DNA of 64,000 nt from Ostreococcus lucimarinus. Lineage: Eukaryota. Shown here piece by piece: positions 1 to 10,117 of the stretch. Under the pieces are notes generated by a model. That model saw only the letters and a program-made list of their open reading frames with translations. It had not been told where the DNA came from and made no database searches. The DNA is taken from the NCBI GenBank assembly GCA_000092065.1, contig CP000593.1; one strand, given 5' to 3'. The position numbers and the translations under genes were made by a program. The stretch's first letter is position 1. Each line of letters opens with the position of its first letter.

Positions 1-479
1 TGCGAATCTCGAGGAAAATCTCCGCGGTGGGGAAGATTGACAACATCTTTAAGTTGCGTGCCGGCGACATTCACAGCGTCGAGGTGACACTCTTGGACCC
101 CAAAACGCTGAAATCGGTGGGAATTTTACACTGTCGCATACGAATCAACATTTTGCAACCGAACATCGTCGTCGACGAGGGAAAGTCGAGCGAGATATCT
201 TTAGGCAAGCGCGTGGCGGTCTTGTACGAATCAATGAGCTCTGCCGCGTTACATATTCCTCGAGGAGCCGCCGATGCGGCGTCATCTACATCTCGCGCGG
301 CGTTGAAGCGAACGGCGACGTGTTTTGGTTGCTTCCGAGCGACCGCCGCCGACGTCGACGACGGCGAAGACGATTTCGGCATCGCCAGCCTGACAGCCCT
401 CACGTCAATAGAGCGCACTCGCGCCATGGGTGCCGAAAACGTGTCCGACTTCGGCACGGACGACGAAGACGCGAGTTAG
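1..479 (+). CDS. 3' fragment of a protein-coding gene running off the left edge (hypothetical protein)
   Basis: The reading frame is open from base 3 through the TAG at 477-479. The listed ORF 27..479 begins at an alternative GTG, so the gene most likely starts upstream of the window. No family recognised. It is convergent with the Sm-G gene. Confidence 0.3.
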   Translation, partial: RISRKISAVGKIDNIFKLRAGDIHSVEVTLLDPKTLKSVGILHCRIRINILQPNIVVDEGKSSEISLGKRVAVLYESMSSAALHIPRGAADAASSTSRAALKRTATCFGCFRATAADVDDGEDDFGIASLTALTSIERTRAMGAENVSDFGTDDEDAS

Positions 480-542
480 ACGGACGACATTCCTCTCTGA
501 CACTGTTTTATTTATACTACAACTCTAAACAACTCTCCGCGC

Positions 543-984
543 TCAAGCCCCTTGCCTTCGCACCGCCGGCGCGATGTGTTCCAGCGCCTCCATGCTCACC
601 ACCGAGTTCCCTCGCACGACAATCATCCCCATCGGCGTCTTCTCGCTCGTCGTATCGTTCGTCGCGTCGTCGAGCACGACGTTTAAGAATTGATCGAACC
701 CTCGCAGCGTCCCGACGACGTTCCGGTTCCCATTCAGCCGCAAGCGCAGCTTCTTGTCCATATACCTGGTTGGCGTGCGTCACGGGCGCGTCTGCGGTCA
801 GCGTGGCGCACGCGGCGCGCGTCGGCGCGTCGAGACGGGTAAAAAACGCGTTCGATTGCGAAAAGTCGGCGGCGTTGGATGTCGCGACGATTCGACGTCG
901 CGCGCGAGAGAGAACGCGCGAACGGGCGAGCGCGCGCGAGGAGAGGACGCACTGTTTGAGTTCGGGGATCGCGACGCCGCCCAT
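543..984 (-). CDS. Small nuclear ribonucleoprotein Sm-G (SNRPG/LSm family), two exons: join(953..984, 543..765), intron 766..952
   Basis: Exon 2 (ORF 543..761) reads MDKKLRLRLNGNRNVVGTLRGFDQFLNVVLDD...IVVRGNSVVSMEALE. This aligns along its length with human SmG ([32 protein letters not shown]...VVIRGNSIIMLEALE). Exon 1 sits in another frame of ORF 517..1116 (MGGVAIPELKQ). The GTGCGT donor at 952 and the CCAG acceptor at 766 join the two as MGGVAIPELKQ|YMDKKL, matching human PPELKKFMDKKL. The ORF track misses the intron. Spliced product is 84 aa. Confidence 0.75.
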
Positions 985-1123
985 GGTGTGCGTTCGCTCG
1001 AGTGCGGAGGAGCGTCGGGGAATGATGTCTGCCGCGGGGCGCCTGAGCGCCGAGCGCGCGCGAAGTCCTCGCGAATGAATGTTCGCGTAAAGATCGCTAA
1101 CTACGCGCGCGCTCATTCGCTAA

Positions 1124-4100
1124 TTACATGTACTTTTTGGTCTTGCTCGTCGCGGCGGCGGACTCGGGATCGTCGGGCCAGAAGTGCTTGGGATATCGAC
1201 CGGCGAGCTCTTTGCGAACGTCCGTGCGATAGGCGTTGCGCCAGAACGACGCCAAGTCGCGCGTGACGGCTTGCGTGCGACCGGCCGGGCTGAGGAGGTG
1301 TAATTCGCAGTTGACGCCGCCCACGCGTGGAGTTTCGGTAGTGCCGAAGAACTCTTGGATGCGCGCGGCGACGACGGGAACGTCGCCGTCGTAGTCGACT
1401 TTGGCGTTGGATCCGCTGGGCAGGCGAACGGCGACGGGACAGGCGTCGTCCACGAGCTTGAGATGGTCGTACGTGCAGAAATGCGCCTTGACTAGGGATG
1501 CGACGTCAACTTTCGCGAGATCCGATTTAGACTGCGCGCCAGCGATCCACGGCGCGAGCCATTCACCGGCGGAGCTCAGCAAATTTTCTTCGGAGAGATT
1601 TGGAAACGTGGCGTCCACGCCTGAGCGATGGACATATTCCGCGCGCTTGAGCCACGATGTCGTCGCTTTGTTCAAACCGAAGGCGCTCGCGAGACCCATC
1701 TCGCGAATACCGTCTAACATCGCGCTCACAGTCGCCTCGGGATTGTCTTTCACCGAAAACGGAATCTCTCGAAGCACCAAAGATCCTACCGTCAAGCGCC
1801 TGCGCGCGAAGACTGATTTCGATGCGCTCGCCCAGAACACGTCGTCACTCTCCTTGGACAACGCTTCGTACAGCGCACCACCGCTTTCTAAGCATGCACG
1901 GTCGATCGGTGCCGCCAACCGCACGCGGTCGTTCCTCGATCCCGCGTTTCCCGCGCCATCGCCAGCTAATTCGACGACGACTAAAGTTTCATTCGCCTTG
2001 TCGCCAGAGCGAAGCAGCGCGTCATCCTTGTGCTCACTTCCCACGCTCGCGGCGCCGCCGCCAGAGAGTTGAAACGCCCCTCCTCGGTTTTTACGCGCGG
2101 CGACGCGATCAGGATAGGCGACAGCGAGCAGTAGGCCGGCTTCGCTTTCGCCCGCGCCGCACAAGAACGACCACACCACCGCCGAGGCGTCGCCCTCGCC
2201 GACACCCGGAGCGCAGAAGTCAGGATGCGAAGACGCTAAGCGGCGCAAGTTCCCGAGTAACTGCTCGGCAACTTGTTTCGCTTCGCGAACCGCCCGCTCG
2301 TCGACATTCCAGCTCGCACCGCTCGCGCCGCCCGTCGCGACGCTCACCGCCGCGTTTACGCTCGCGCGTTTGCCGCGAGGCGCGCCTTTGATTTTCTTCC
2401 CGCTCTTCGGGAGTTTGGTACCGATTGGAACGCGCGTCGGTTTCGTCGGGTCGACTTCTGGTTTCTCTTCATCCAAATCGCCCGCGCTTGCGAGTGGATC
2501 TTGACCCCAAAGCGCGCGAAGTCTACACCGAACGTCGAGAGGGGCGTCGCGTCCAGAGATCAAGTCGCGGTCGCCGATGACAGCTGCGAGTTGACACGCG
2601 AGTCGAGCGCTCTCAGCGCCGCGTGACGCGCCAAAAAGTAACATACGCGCCAGTCTTGGGTGCACTGGAAGCTCGGACATGATCGAACCCACGTCGCTAG
2701 GGACGAGTTTGCCTTCCTCCAACGCGCCGAGCTCGCGTAACAACCGTCTCGCCGCGATGAGCGGGCCTTCAGGCGGTGGGTCGAGCCAAGCCATGTCTGC
2801 CCCATCGCCGACGCCCCACGCTGCTAAATCTAACGCCACCGGAGTCAAGTCGGCTTGCAAAATCTCGGGTGTCGTGTCTGGCTGAAGTTTCGCGTTCGAG
2901 GCCTCGCTCCATAAACGATAGCACGTCCCAGGAGCGATGCGCCCGGCTCGCCCGCGCCTTTGATCCGCCGATGCGCGGGAGACACGAGTCGTCTCCAGTC
3001 GCGTCATACCCTTCCGAGCGTCGAACTTGGGCGTCTTGCACAATCCCGAGTCCACGACCACTTTCACGCCGTTGATGGTCAACGAAGACTCGGCGATTGG
3101 AGTGCTCACGACGACGCGACGCGTGCCCGGTTTCGACGGCGCGAGCGCCGCCGCCTGTTCTTCTTGCGATAGCGCGCCGTACAGTGGCAACGCCACGACA
3201 CCGTTCGGAAGCTCCCTTTGCAGATCTCGCACCACGCGATTGATCTCCGCCGCGCCCGGAAGAAAACACAGCACGTCGCCATCTGGGCACGCGCGCACGG
3301 CGTCCTTCACCGCGTTCGTCGTCGCGCGCTCGAGCTCACCCCATCCCGCGCCCGGCGCGCCCAAATAAATCGTCTCCACCGGATACGACCGCCCCTCCGA
3401 CACGATCACCGGCACCTCGGGCCCGTTCTCATCCCTCAACAACGCCGCCACGCGCGCGCCCATCTCCCCGAGCGTCGCGCTCATCACCAACAGTCTCAAA
3501 TCTGGCCGTATCGTCTGTTGCACCTCTCGACACAGCGCCAGCGCGACGTCCGCGTCTAAATTCCTCTCGTGAAACTCATCGAACACCACCAATCCCACGT
3601 CCCGCAGCTCTGGATCGTTTCTCAACCGCCGCGTCAGCACGCCCTCCGTCACCACCTCCACCCGCGTCGCCGCGCTCGCCCTTCGTTCAAATCGCACCTG
3701 ATACCCCACCGTTTCCCCCGCGCGTTCCCCCAACATCTCAGCCATCCGCATCGCCGCCGCTTTCGCCGCTAACCGTCGCGGTTCGAGCACGATCACTTTC
3801 CCCGCGCGTCCGTCGCCGCCGGCGCTCGCCGCCGCCAGCGCCGCCGCCAGCGGCATCACCGTCGTCTTCCCCGCCCCCGGCGGCGCCTGCATCACCGCGC
3901 GCGTCGCGCGCTGTTCGCATCGAACCCAATCGTTCGCCTCGTCAGTCCCGCGTCGCGCTTTCGCGCGCCGTCGACGCACCTCGAGCGCGTCCAAGCACGC
4001 GTCCACGACCGCGTCGATGGGCAACTTCGCGCGCGCTTTTCGCAGCGCCTCGCGCCGCGCGTCGTCTCCCGTCGCGCGCCGCGCGACGTCGCGACGCGCA

Positions 4101-4177
4101 CCGCGCGCGCGCCGCGCGACCGGCGCGCGCGCGTCCGTCGTCGCGACGCGCGTCGCCATGTTGTGTCGTCGTCGCAC
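1124..4177 (-). CDS. ATP-dependent DEAH-box RNA helicase, bacterial HrpB type
   Basis: Walker A APPGAGKTT, then VLEPRRLAA, DEFHER, SAT (LVMSATL), QRRGRAGR. The C-terminal 350 aa run collinear with the E. coli HrpB C-terminal domain (AYPDRVA...RDLASFWRNAYRTDVRKELAGRYPKHFWPDDP...TSKTKKY, versus E. coli GRYPKHVWPDDP...TRRTKKY). The start is M1 or M7 (4159). Confidence 0.85.
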   Translation of the reverse strand: MRRRHNMATRVATTDARAPVARRARGARRDVARRATGDDARREALRKARAKLPIDAVVDACLDALEVRRRRAKARRGTDEANDWVRCEQRATRAVMQAPPGAGKTTVMPLAAALAAASAGGDGRAGKVIVLEPRRLAAKAAAMRMAEMLGERAGETVGYQVRFERRASAATRVEVVTEGVLTRRLRNDPELRDVGLVVFDEFHERNLDADVALALCREVQQTIRPDLRLLVMSATLGEMGARVAALLRDENGPEVPVIVSEGRSYPVETIYLGAPGAGWGELERATTNAVKDAVRACPDGDVLCFLPGAAEINRVVRDLQRELPNGVVALPLYGALSQEEQAAALAPSKPGTRRVVVSTPIAESSLTINGVKVVVDSGLCKTPKFDARKGMTRLETTRVSRASADQRRGRAGRIAPGTCYRLWSEASNAKLQPDTTPEILQADLTPVALDLAAWGVGDGADMAWLDPPPEGPLIAARRLLRELGALEEGKLVPSDVGSIMSELPVHPRLARMLLFGASRGAESARLACQLAAVIGDRDLISGRDAPLDVRCRLRALWGQDPLASAGDLDEEKPEVDPTKPTRVPIGTKLPKSGKKIKGAPRGKRASVNAAVSVATGGASGASWNVDERAVREAKQVAEQLLGNLRRLASSHPDFCAPGVGEGDASAVVWSFLCGAGESEAGLLLAVAYPDRVAARKNRGGAFQLSGGGAASVGSEHKDDALLRSGDKANETLVVVELAGDGAGNAGSRNDRVRLAAPIDRACLESGGALYEALSKESDDVFWASASKSVFARRRLTVGSLVLREIPFSVKDNPEATVSAMLDGIREMGLASAFGLNKATTSWLKRAEYVHRSGVDATFPNLSEENLLSSAGEWLAPWIAGAQSKSDLAKVDVASLVKAHFCTYDHLKLVDDACPVAVRLPSGSNAKVDYDGDVPVVAARIQEFFGTTETPRVGGVNCELHLLSPAGRTQAVTRDLASFWRNAYRTDVRKELAGRYPKHFWPDDPESAAATSKTKKYM

Positions 4178-4197
4178 TGCGCGACGCGACGACCGCC

Positions 4198-4370
4198 ATG
4201 CCGCGCGAGGTCACGCGCGTCGGCGCGTACGCGCTCAAGCACGCGCTCGGGAGAGGGGCGTTCGGGTGGGTGAAGCTCGCGGTGCAGGACGAGACGGGCG
4301 CCAAGGCGGCGATCAAGGTGCGTCGACGCGCGCGGATGGATGGATGGATGCGTCGACGAAACGAAAAGAA

Positions 4371-4407
<37 letters not shown>

Positions 4408-5773
4408 ACGCGCGCGACGCGCCATCGCGACCTCGACCGAATCGCCGAAACCGACGACTGACGGGAATCGACGACGCGCGACGCGAATCGAAACGTAGAT
4501 TTTGGACAGGGAGAATTTGCAACGCCTGGACGAGCAGGACCAGGTGAAGGCGGAGGTGAAGGCGATGGCGGATCTCACGCATCCGTGCATCGTCGACCTG
4601 AAAGAGGTGCTGAGCGATGAACAGAGCGTGTTCATGGTGATGCAGTACTGCCCGGGGGGGGAGGTGTACGATAGGGTGCGAGCGAAGGGGAGTTTCGGCG
4701 AGGCGGAGGCGAGACGACATTTTCAGAGGTTGATACAGGGGGTGGATTTTTGTCATAAGAAACGGATATATCATCGGGATTTGAAACCTGAGAATTTGTT
4801 CTTCGATGAGCGCGGGGAATTGTGCATCGGGGACTTTGGGTTGGCGGCGCTGCGGGCGGACGCGGAGGATACTAATCTTCGCACGATTTGCGGGACGCCG
4901 CACTTCGCGGCGCCGGAGGTGATGGGAGGATCGAGGAGGCTCGTGGGGAATAAGAATTTTAAGACGGTGAACACGAAGACGCGCTCTGATGGATACGATG
5001 GTGGACCCGCGGACGTGTGGAGTTGTGGATGTATCTTGTATTTTATGCTCACGGCGAAGTACCCGTTCGACGGAAAGAATTTCGTGCAACTGCAACTCAT
5101 GGTTCAAAAGACGGAGCCGTATTTCCCGAGCGGTTCGATGTCGCGCTCGTGCGAAAAACTCATCAAAGGCATGCTTGTGAAAGATCCGACGAAGAGAATG
5201 ACGCTCGATCAAGTGATGAAGAACAGTTGGTTCAAGGTTGACTTTGTTCCCGTCAAGGTTGAGCACAACGCCAACACGAATCGGTTCTTCGACGAAGAAG
5301 ACCCGACGCTCGCGCAGTTTATGACGCCGGACGACAAGCTCGTGGTGAAGAAATCATCCATGATGAGCACAAATGAGTCGAAACTTCGCCCGATCAAACA
5401 GCTCAACGCGTTCGAGTTGATCAATATCGCCGCTTTTGATGTGGCAAACATCTTCGACGAGGATGAAAACACGGTGAGCAACGCCACGCGCTTCGTGAGT
5501 AAAGTAGAGATTGATCGCGTGCAAGCCGCCATCATCGAACGGGCCACCGCGCTTGGGAGTGTCGCTCATCGACAGACGCAAGCGCGCGTGGTTTTTGAAT
5601 GTCAAAGCACGGGGCAAGTGGTGACGATGCGAACGTATCAAGTCATCCCAGGCGTGTGCGTGTACGACTTCAGTCGAGACGAAGGCGGTCGCGAACATTT
5701 TCACACTTGGTTCGCAAATCTTCGCGATGAAAATCACGAAGTGGGTAAACTCATACTTAGCGAAGCAGATTAG
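4198..5773 (+). CDS. CBL-interacting (CIPK/SnRK3-type) Ser/Thr protein kinase, two exons: join(4198..4317, 4499..5773), intron 4318..4498
   Basis: Exon 1 carries the glycine loop LGRGAFGWV and the VAIK-type lysine (AAIK). Donor is AAG|GTGCGT and acceptor is aacgtag|ATT, both phase 0, giving ...AAIK|ILDRENLQRLDEQDQVKAEVKAMADLTHPCIV. Exon 2 has HRDLKPENLF, DFGLAA, GTPHFAAPE and a C-terminal NAF/FISL motif (IKQLNAFELINIAAFDVANIFDE). The intron contains an (ACG)n microsatellite. Confidence 0.8.
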
Positions 5774-5815
5774 CGTGGCTCGTTTTATTTTGTAATTATC
5801 AACAGTTCAATAGCG

Positions 5816-6640
5816 CTATCCTTCTCTGAGCAACGAGATGAACGTCGAGATGTCGATGACGGTGATTCTATCGTTCGCCGCCGCTCTCGCGCGTTCACTC
5901 TCGGTGTTATACCCCCAATCCACTAGGAACAATTCCCATTCATCTAAGTCATCCGCCTTGCACACTTTTTCCAGCGTGCTGAGCTTGTCTTCGACGAAAA
6001 TTTTGCGAGGATTCCCGTCGACGCCGAGCGTTCGCAAGACATCCGTCTTCGGGATCCCGCTCACCGTCGTGCTATACATATCATCATCAGCGATCGAAAT
6101 CTTACCCATCCGTTCCAAAATAGCCAGAGCAAATCTTCCTTGCTTCGTGGTCACGATCTTCACCGCCGCGTCGCTTCTCTTTTGCGCCGCGAGCACCGCC
6201 TCGGCGACGCCCGGATACAACGCGTTCGGAGCCAACCACCCGTCAAAGTCGTTCAATATCCAATCATCCCGTATCCTCCCGAACGCCTCCACCATCGTCG
6301 CTCGATCGAGCGACCATTTATCCATGAGTGCTCCCGACAGCCCGTCCCAATCGTTCAGAATCTCCTCGATCGAGTACCCCGGCAACCTTTCCAGCAACGC
6401 GCGCGCCAGCGTGGTGTTTTCGTACCCAGTCTCCACCACCGGTCGCACCGCGCGCAAACCATCGAGCACTCGCTCCTTCTCCGCGCGCGTCGCGTCGGCG
6501 TCGAAGACGTCGGGCCATAGTTCCTCTCCGTGTTTCCACGCGCTGAGCGAAGATTCACCGACGGAGTCGCACACGACGCCGTCAAAGTCGAGGGCGAAGA
6601 TGACCCTCGGTGCGGTTTCTGACGAAGCAAACGTCGCCAT
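5816..6640 (-). CDS. HAD-superfamily hydrolase (haloacid dehalogenase-like)
   Basis: Motif I VIFALDFDGVVCDS (DxDG) sits right after the candidate start MATFASSETAP (ATG 6638-6640). The rest looks like a HAD alpha/beta fold. The ORF 5816..6772 as listed begins at an upstream alternative start and is probably over-extended. Confidence 0.55.
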   Translation of the reverse strand: MATFASSETAPRVIFALDFDGVVCDSVGESSLSAWKHGEELWPDVFDADATRAEKERVLDGLRAVRPVVETGYENTTLARALLERLPGYSIEEILNDWDGLSGALMDKWSLDRATMVEAFGRIRDDWILNDFDGWLAPNALYPGVAEAVLAAQKRSDAAVKIVTTKQGRFALAILERMGKISIADDDMYSTTVSGIPKTDVLRTLGVDGNPRKIFVEDKLSTLEKVCKADDLDEWELFLVDWGYNTESERARAAANDRITVIDISTFISLLREG

Positions 6641-6820
6641 TCGCGCGCGCGGACGCGCGTCGACGCGCGCGGACGCGCGGAAACGCGCGCGGGTAAACGC
6701 TTTGGACGCGATCGATCCGACGGTGGGCATGGATGCGCGCGAGTCGGCGAGTGCGGTGCGTTGTGTTGACAAGGGAGGCGTCCCGGGGACGCAGTCTAAC
6801 CGCCGGCGCCGCTTCGGCGA

Positions 6821-9124
6821 TCAACAGCATCGCTTGCGGTCGAGCGCAGCCTGGGCCTGAGCTTTCTTCTTCGCATCAGCGTCTTGTCTCGCGCGCTCGC
6901 GGGCGAGCAACTCGTCGAGCGACGTCGTCGGGTCGTGCGCGGGACGCTGGGCGCGGTCGTCGCCCGCGCCGTTTTGTTGCGTCCACATCGCGTGGTACTT
7001 GGCCCCGCGTCGGAGGAGTTGATCGTGCGAACCGTATTCGACAACCTTGCCATCCTCTAAAACGGCGATGTTGTCGCAATTTCGCGCCGTGGAAAGCCTG
7101 TGCGCGACGACGATGGTGGTTTTGCCCTTCATCAACACTTCGAGCATTTTAAGAATATCTTTCTCGGTGTTCGTGTCCAGAGCGCTCGTGGCTTCGTCCA
7201 TCAAAACCAAAGGCGAACCCTTGAGCAACGCGCGCGCGATGGCGACGCGTTGCTTTTCCCCGCCGCTAAGTTTTAATCCGCGCTCACCGACGATGGTGTC
7301 GTACGCCTTGGGCATGCGGAGAATGGGACCGTCGATGGCGGCGAGACGCGCCGCTTCGCGAACCTCGGCATCCGACGCGCTCATTTTACCGTAATGAATA
7401 TTGTAATGGATCGTGTCGTTGAACAACACCGTATCTTGGGGAACCACAGCCACGGATTCGCGCAAAGAGCGCAAAGAGACGCTTTGCGCGTTTTGACCGC
7501 CGAGAAAGATGCCCGAAGTTTCGCCGTCGCCATTCTTTTGGGCGTCGTACAGCCTAAACAACAGGCGCAAGAGCGTGCTCTTTCCGCTCCCACTCGCGCC
7601 GACCAACGCGAGAGAACCACCCGCGGGAACAGTCACGGAGAGTCCATCTATAATTTTTCTCCCGTTGTCGTATCCAAAACTCACGTTTCTAAACTCCACC
7701 GAAAGCCCCTCGTCCGGGACGACGAGCGCGGGCGCGTTTTCCAGCTCTCGCACCGCGCTCTTCTCTTCCAACAAATGAAACATCGACGTCATGTCGATCA
7801 AAGACTGTCGCGCTTCGCGATACACCGACCCCAAAAAGTTCAGCGGCACCGATAGTTGGAATAGCAACCCTTGCACCATGACCAAATCCCCTACGGTGAG
7901 GTTTCCCTGCGCGACGCCTTGCGCGGCGAGGAGCATCGCCGCGGAGAGGGACGCCGAAAAAATGGCGTTTTGTCCAAAGTTCAACATCCCTAGCGAGCTG
8001 GCGATTTTCAAATTCGCCTGTTCGACGCCCTTTAAGCTCTCGTCGTAGCGTTTCACCTCGTGTTCCTCGTTGTTGAAGTACTTGACTGTCTCAAAGTTTA
8101 ACAAGGAATCGATCGCCCTCGTGTTGCCTTCGTTTTCCAGCGCGTTCATCTGACGCCTAAACTTTGTTCTCCACTGCGTGCACGCGATCGTGAACGCGGT
8201 GTACGTCGCGATCGTACCTCCGGTTAACATCGCAAACTCTGGTCCGCACTTTACGGATAAAATACCGCTCACGAGGGCGATTTCAAACGCCGTCGGGAAC
8301 ACGTTGAACACCATGCTATTCAACAGGAAACTAATGCCTCGCGTCCCGCGATCGATCGTGCGATTCAACGCCCCCGTCTGCCGATCGAGATGATACTTCA
8401 AATCAAGTTCGTGCAAATGCGCGAACACCCTCCGCGCGATCGCTCGTATCGCCCCCTGACTCACCTTGGCGAACGTCGCGTTTCTCAGTTCGTTCGCCAG
8501 GCTCGCCGACGCTCGCAGCGCCCCGTACCCGACCAACATCACCGCCGGCGTCGCCGCGATCGCCGTCATCGGCAGGTGCGTCATCGCCTCCACCCCACTC
8601 GTCGCCATCCCGGCCTGCGCGCTCAGCCCATCGATCGCGTACTTGAACGCGAACGGCACGCTCACGTTCGCCGCCTTGCTCGCCGCGAGCAGCGCCATCG
8701 CGCCCGCCACCCGTCGCTTCCCCGCCGGGTTCTCGTCGCTCCACAGGTACCCACCCATCGTTCGCAGTATTCCGAAATCGATGTCATCCGCGCTCGTCGC
8801 CGCCGTCGTCGTCGTCGCCGCCGTCGTCGGCGTCGCCGCCGTCGTCTCGCGCTTCGTCGTCGCCGCCGCGCGTCCGTCCTCCGTCCTCGCGTCGTCTCCC
8901 GCGCGCGCGCTCGTCGACGCGCGCGCGCTCGACCGCGCGCGCGCGCCCGCATCGCTCGCGAACGCCCGCGCGCGCGCGACGCGCGTCTCCCGCGCGCGCG
9001 CGCGCTCGACCGCGCGCGCCGTCGTCGCGACCGGCGCGCGTCCCCATCCCTCGCGCGCGCCGGCGCCTCGCGCGATCGCGCGCGCGACCGCGCGCGCGCG
9101 CGACCGCGCGACCGACGTCGCCAT
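6821..9124 (-). CDS. ABC transporter, B-family half transporter of the mitochondrial ATM1/ABCB7 type (TMD-NBD)
   Basis: There are six predicted TM helices. The NBD has [11 protein letters not shown] (Walker A), [16 protein letters not shown] (signature) and [12 protein letters not shown] (Walker B). The N-terminal 150 aa are R/A-rich and presequence-like ([13 protein letters not shown]...). The listed ORF runs up to 10153 as an R/S/P-rich low-complexity artefact. The chosen start is the ATG at 9122-9124. Confidence 0.8.
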   Translation of the reverse strand: MATSVARSRARAVARAIARGAGAREGWGRAPVATTARAVERARARETRVARARAFASDAGARARSSARASTSARAGDDARTEDGRAAATTKRETTAATPTTAATTTTAATSADDIDFGILRTMGGYLWSDENPAGKRRVAGAMALLAASKAANVSVPFAFKYAIDGLSAQAGMATSGVEAMTHLPMTAIAATPAVMLVGYGALRASASLANELRNATFAKVSQGAIRAIARRVFAHLHELDLKYHLDRQTGALNRTIDRGTRGISFLLNSMVFNVFPTAFEIALVSGILSVKCGPEFAMLTGGTIATYTAFTIACTQWRTKFRRQMNALENEGNTRAIDSLLNFETVKYFNNEEHEVKRYDESLKGVEQANLKIASSLGMLNFGQNAIFSASLSAAMLLAAQGVAQGNLTVGDLVMVQGLLFQLSVPLNFLGSVYREARQSLIDMTSMFHLLEEKSAVRELENAPALVVPDEGLSVEFRNVSFGYDNGRKIIDGLSVTVPAGGSLALVGASGSGKSTLLRLLFRLYDAQKNGDGETSGIFLGGQNAQSVSLRSLRESVAVVPQDTVLFNDTIHYNIHYGKMSASDAEVREAARLAAIDGPILRMPKAYDTIVGERGLKLSGGEKQRVAIARALLKGSPLVLMDEATSALDTNTEKDILKMLEVLMKGKTTIVVAHRLSTARNCDNIAVLEDGKVVEYGSHDQLLRRGAKYHAMWTQQNGAGDDRAQRPAHDPTTSLDELLARERARQDADAKKKAQAQAALDRKRCC

Positions 9125-9201
9125 GCCGCGCGCGTCGGCGCGGGCGAGCGCGCGACGACGCGCGCGCGTCACAATCGCGCGCGGATTCGAAATCGAATCC
9201 A

Positions 9202-10086
9202 ATGTCGGAGCGACGCGCGGCGAAGCGCGCGCGCGACGACGCGTCGACGGCCGACGACGACGACGACGGCGCGTGTGGACTGTGCGCGCGCGCGCTCGCG
9301 ACGGCGCGCGGCGACGGCGCCGACGACGGCGCGCGCGCGACGCTGCCGGGAACGCCGGTGCGCGCGAAAGCGCGACGGCGGTTTCGGTCGACGACGACGC
9401 CGGAGGCGGGACGAATCTGCGGCGCGTGCTACCAGCGAGAGTACCGCGCGAGGTGCCGCGCGCGGGCGAGCGCGGCGCGGACGTGCGCGCGGTGCGGGGA
9501 GGGAAACGCGTCGGGACGGTGGGCGAGGAGTCACGCGCCGCCGACGAAGGGAGAGACGGTGTGCCCGAAATGCTACGAGAGCGAACGCCGGGCGCGAACG
9601 GTGGCGACGGGAGGGCGAGGGGACGGTGAGCGGTGCGCGCGGTGCGAGAAGATCGGGCCGGGGAGCGAGAAGACGTACTGGTACAGGGCGGAGTTCGGCG
9701 AGCGGCGGGGAAAGCGCGTGTGCCAGGCGTGCCACAAGTTGGATTATCGCGAGAGGCTGAACGCGGATCCGAGCGTGTTTTGCCGTGGGTGCGAGAAGAC
9801 GGCGCTGGTGACGAATTATTGGCGGAGAATCGTCGGCGAGAACGGCGCGACGGCGGGGCACTGGTGCGACGCGTGTTACAAGAAGGACCGTCTGCGACGC
9901 ATGAACGCGGATCCGAGCGTGACGTGCGCGACGTGCGAGGCGACGACGAGCGGTGGACCGGAGTGGCGGCGCAAGGGTGACGGGTACGTCTGTCGCACGT
10001 GCGTGAGCAAGGAGCGCACGCGCGCGAACCGCCGCGCTCGCGGAGAAGCGAACCGAGACGGAAATCGAGAAGGAGACGCCGCGTAG
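9202..10086 (+). CDS. Zinc-finger protein with four tandem GATA-type (C-x2-C-x17-25-C-x2-C) fingers
   Basis: The four units are [95 protein letters not shown] and [26 protein letters not shown]. The last is closest to the GATA consensus (C-x2-C-x-T-x-T-x-W-R-R-x-G-x3-C-x2-C). Cys codons are disfavoured in GC-rich sequence, so the periodicity is unlikely to be random. The gene is wedged between the ABC start (9124, opposite strand) and the RNase II start (10118). Confidence 0.45.
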   Translation: MSERRAAKRARDDASTADDDDDGACGLCARALATARGDGADDGARATLPGTPVRAKARRRFRSTTTPEAGRICGACYQREYRARCRARASAARTCARCGEGNASGRWARSHAPPTKGETVCPKCYESERRARTVATGGRGDGERCARCEKIGPGSEKTYWYRAEFGERRGKRVCQACHKLDYRERLNADPSVFCRGCEKTALVTNYWRRIVGENGATAGHWCDACYKKDRLRRMNADPSVTCATCEATTSGGPEWRRKGDGYVCRTCVSKERTRANRRARGEANRDGNREGDAA

Positions 10087-10117
10087 AGACGACGCGCACG
10101 AATGGACGAATGGAAAG

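Noticed and set aside
4318-4498. Introner-element (Micromonas-type repetitive intron) hypothesis for the 181-nt CIPK intron and the 187-nt Sm-G intron
   Set aside because: The sizes are suggestive, but the two introns share no obvious sequence similarity beyond the GTGCGT donor. Without genome-wide copies I cannot support it.
8390-9760. Long R/A/G-rich ORFs (456 aa and 387 aa, also 8662..8952, 9169..10155) overlapping the ABC transporter N-terminus and the GATA-finger gene
   Set aside because: They are extreme low-complexity (poly-R, RA, RG) with no domain-like sequence, as expected from reading GC-rich DNA out of frame. The sense-strand ABC and GATA frames show real motifs.
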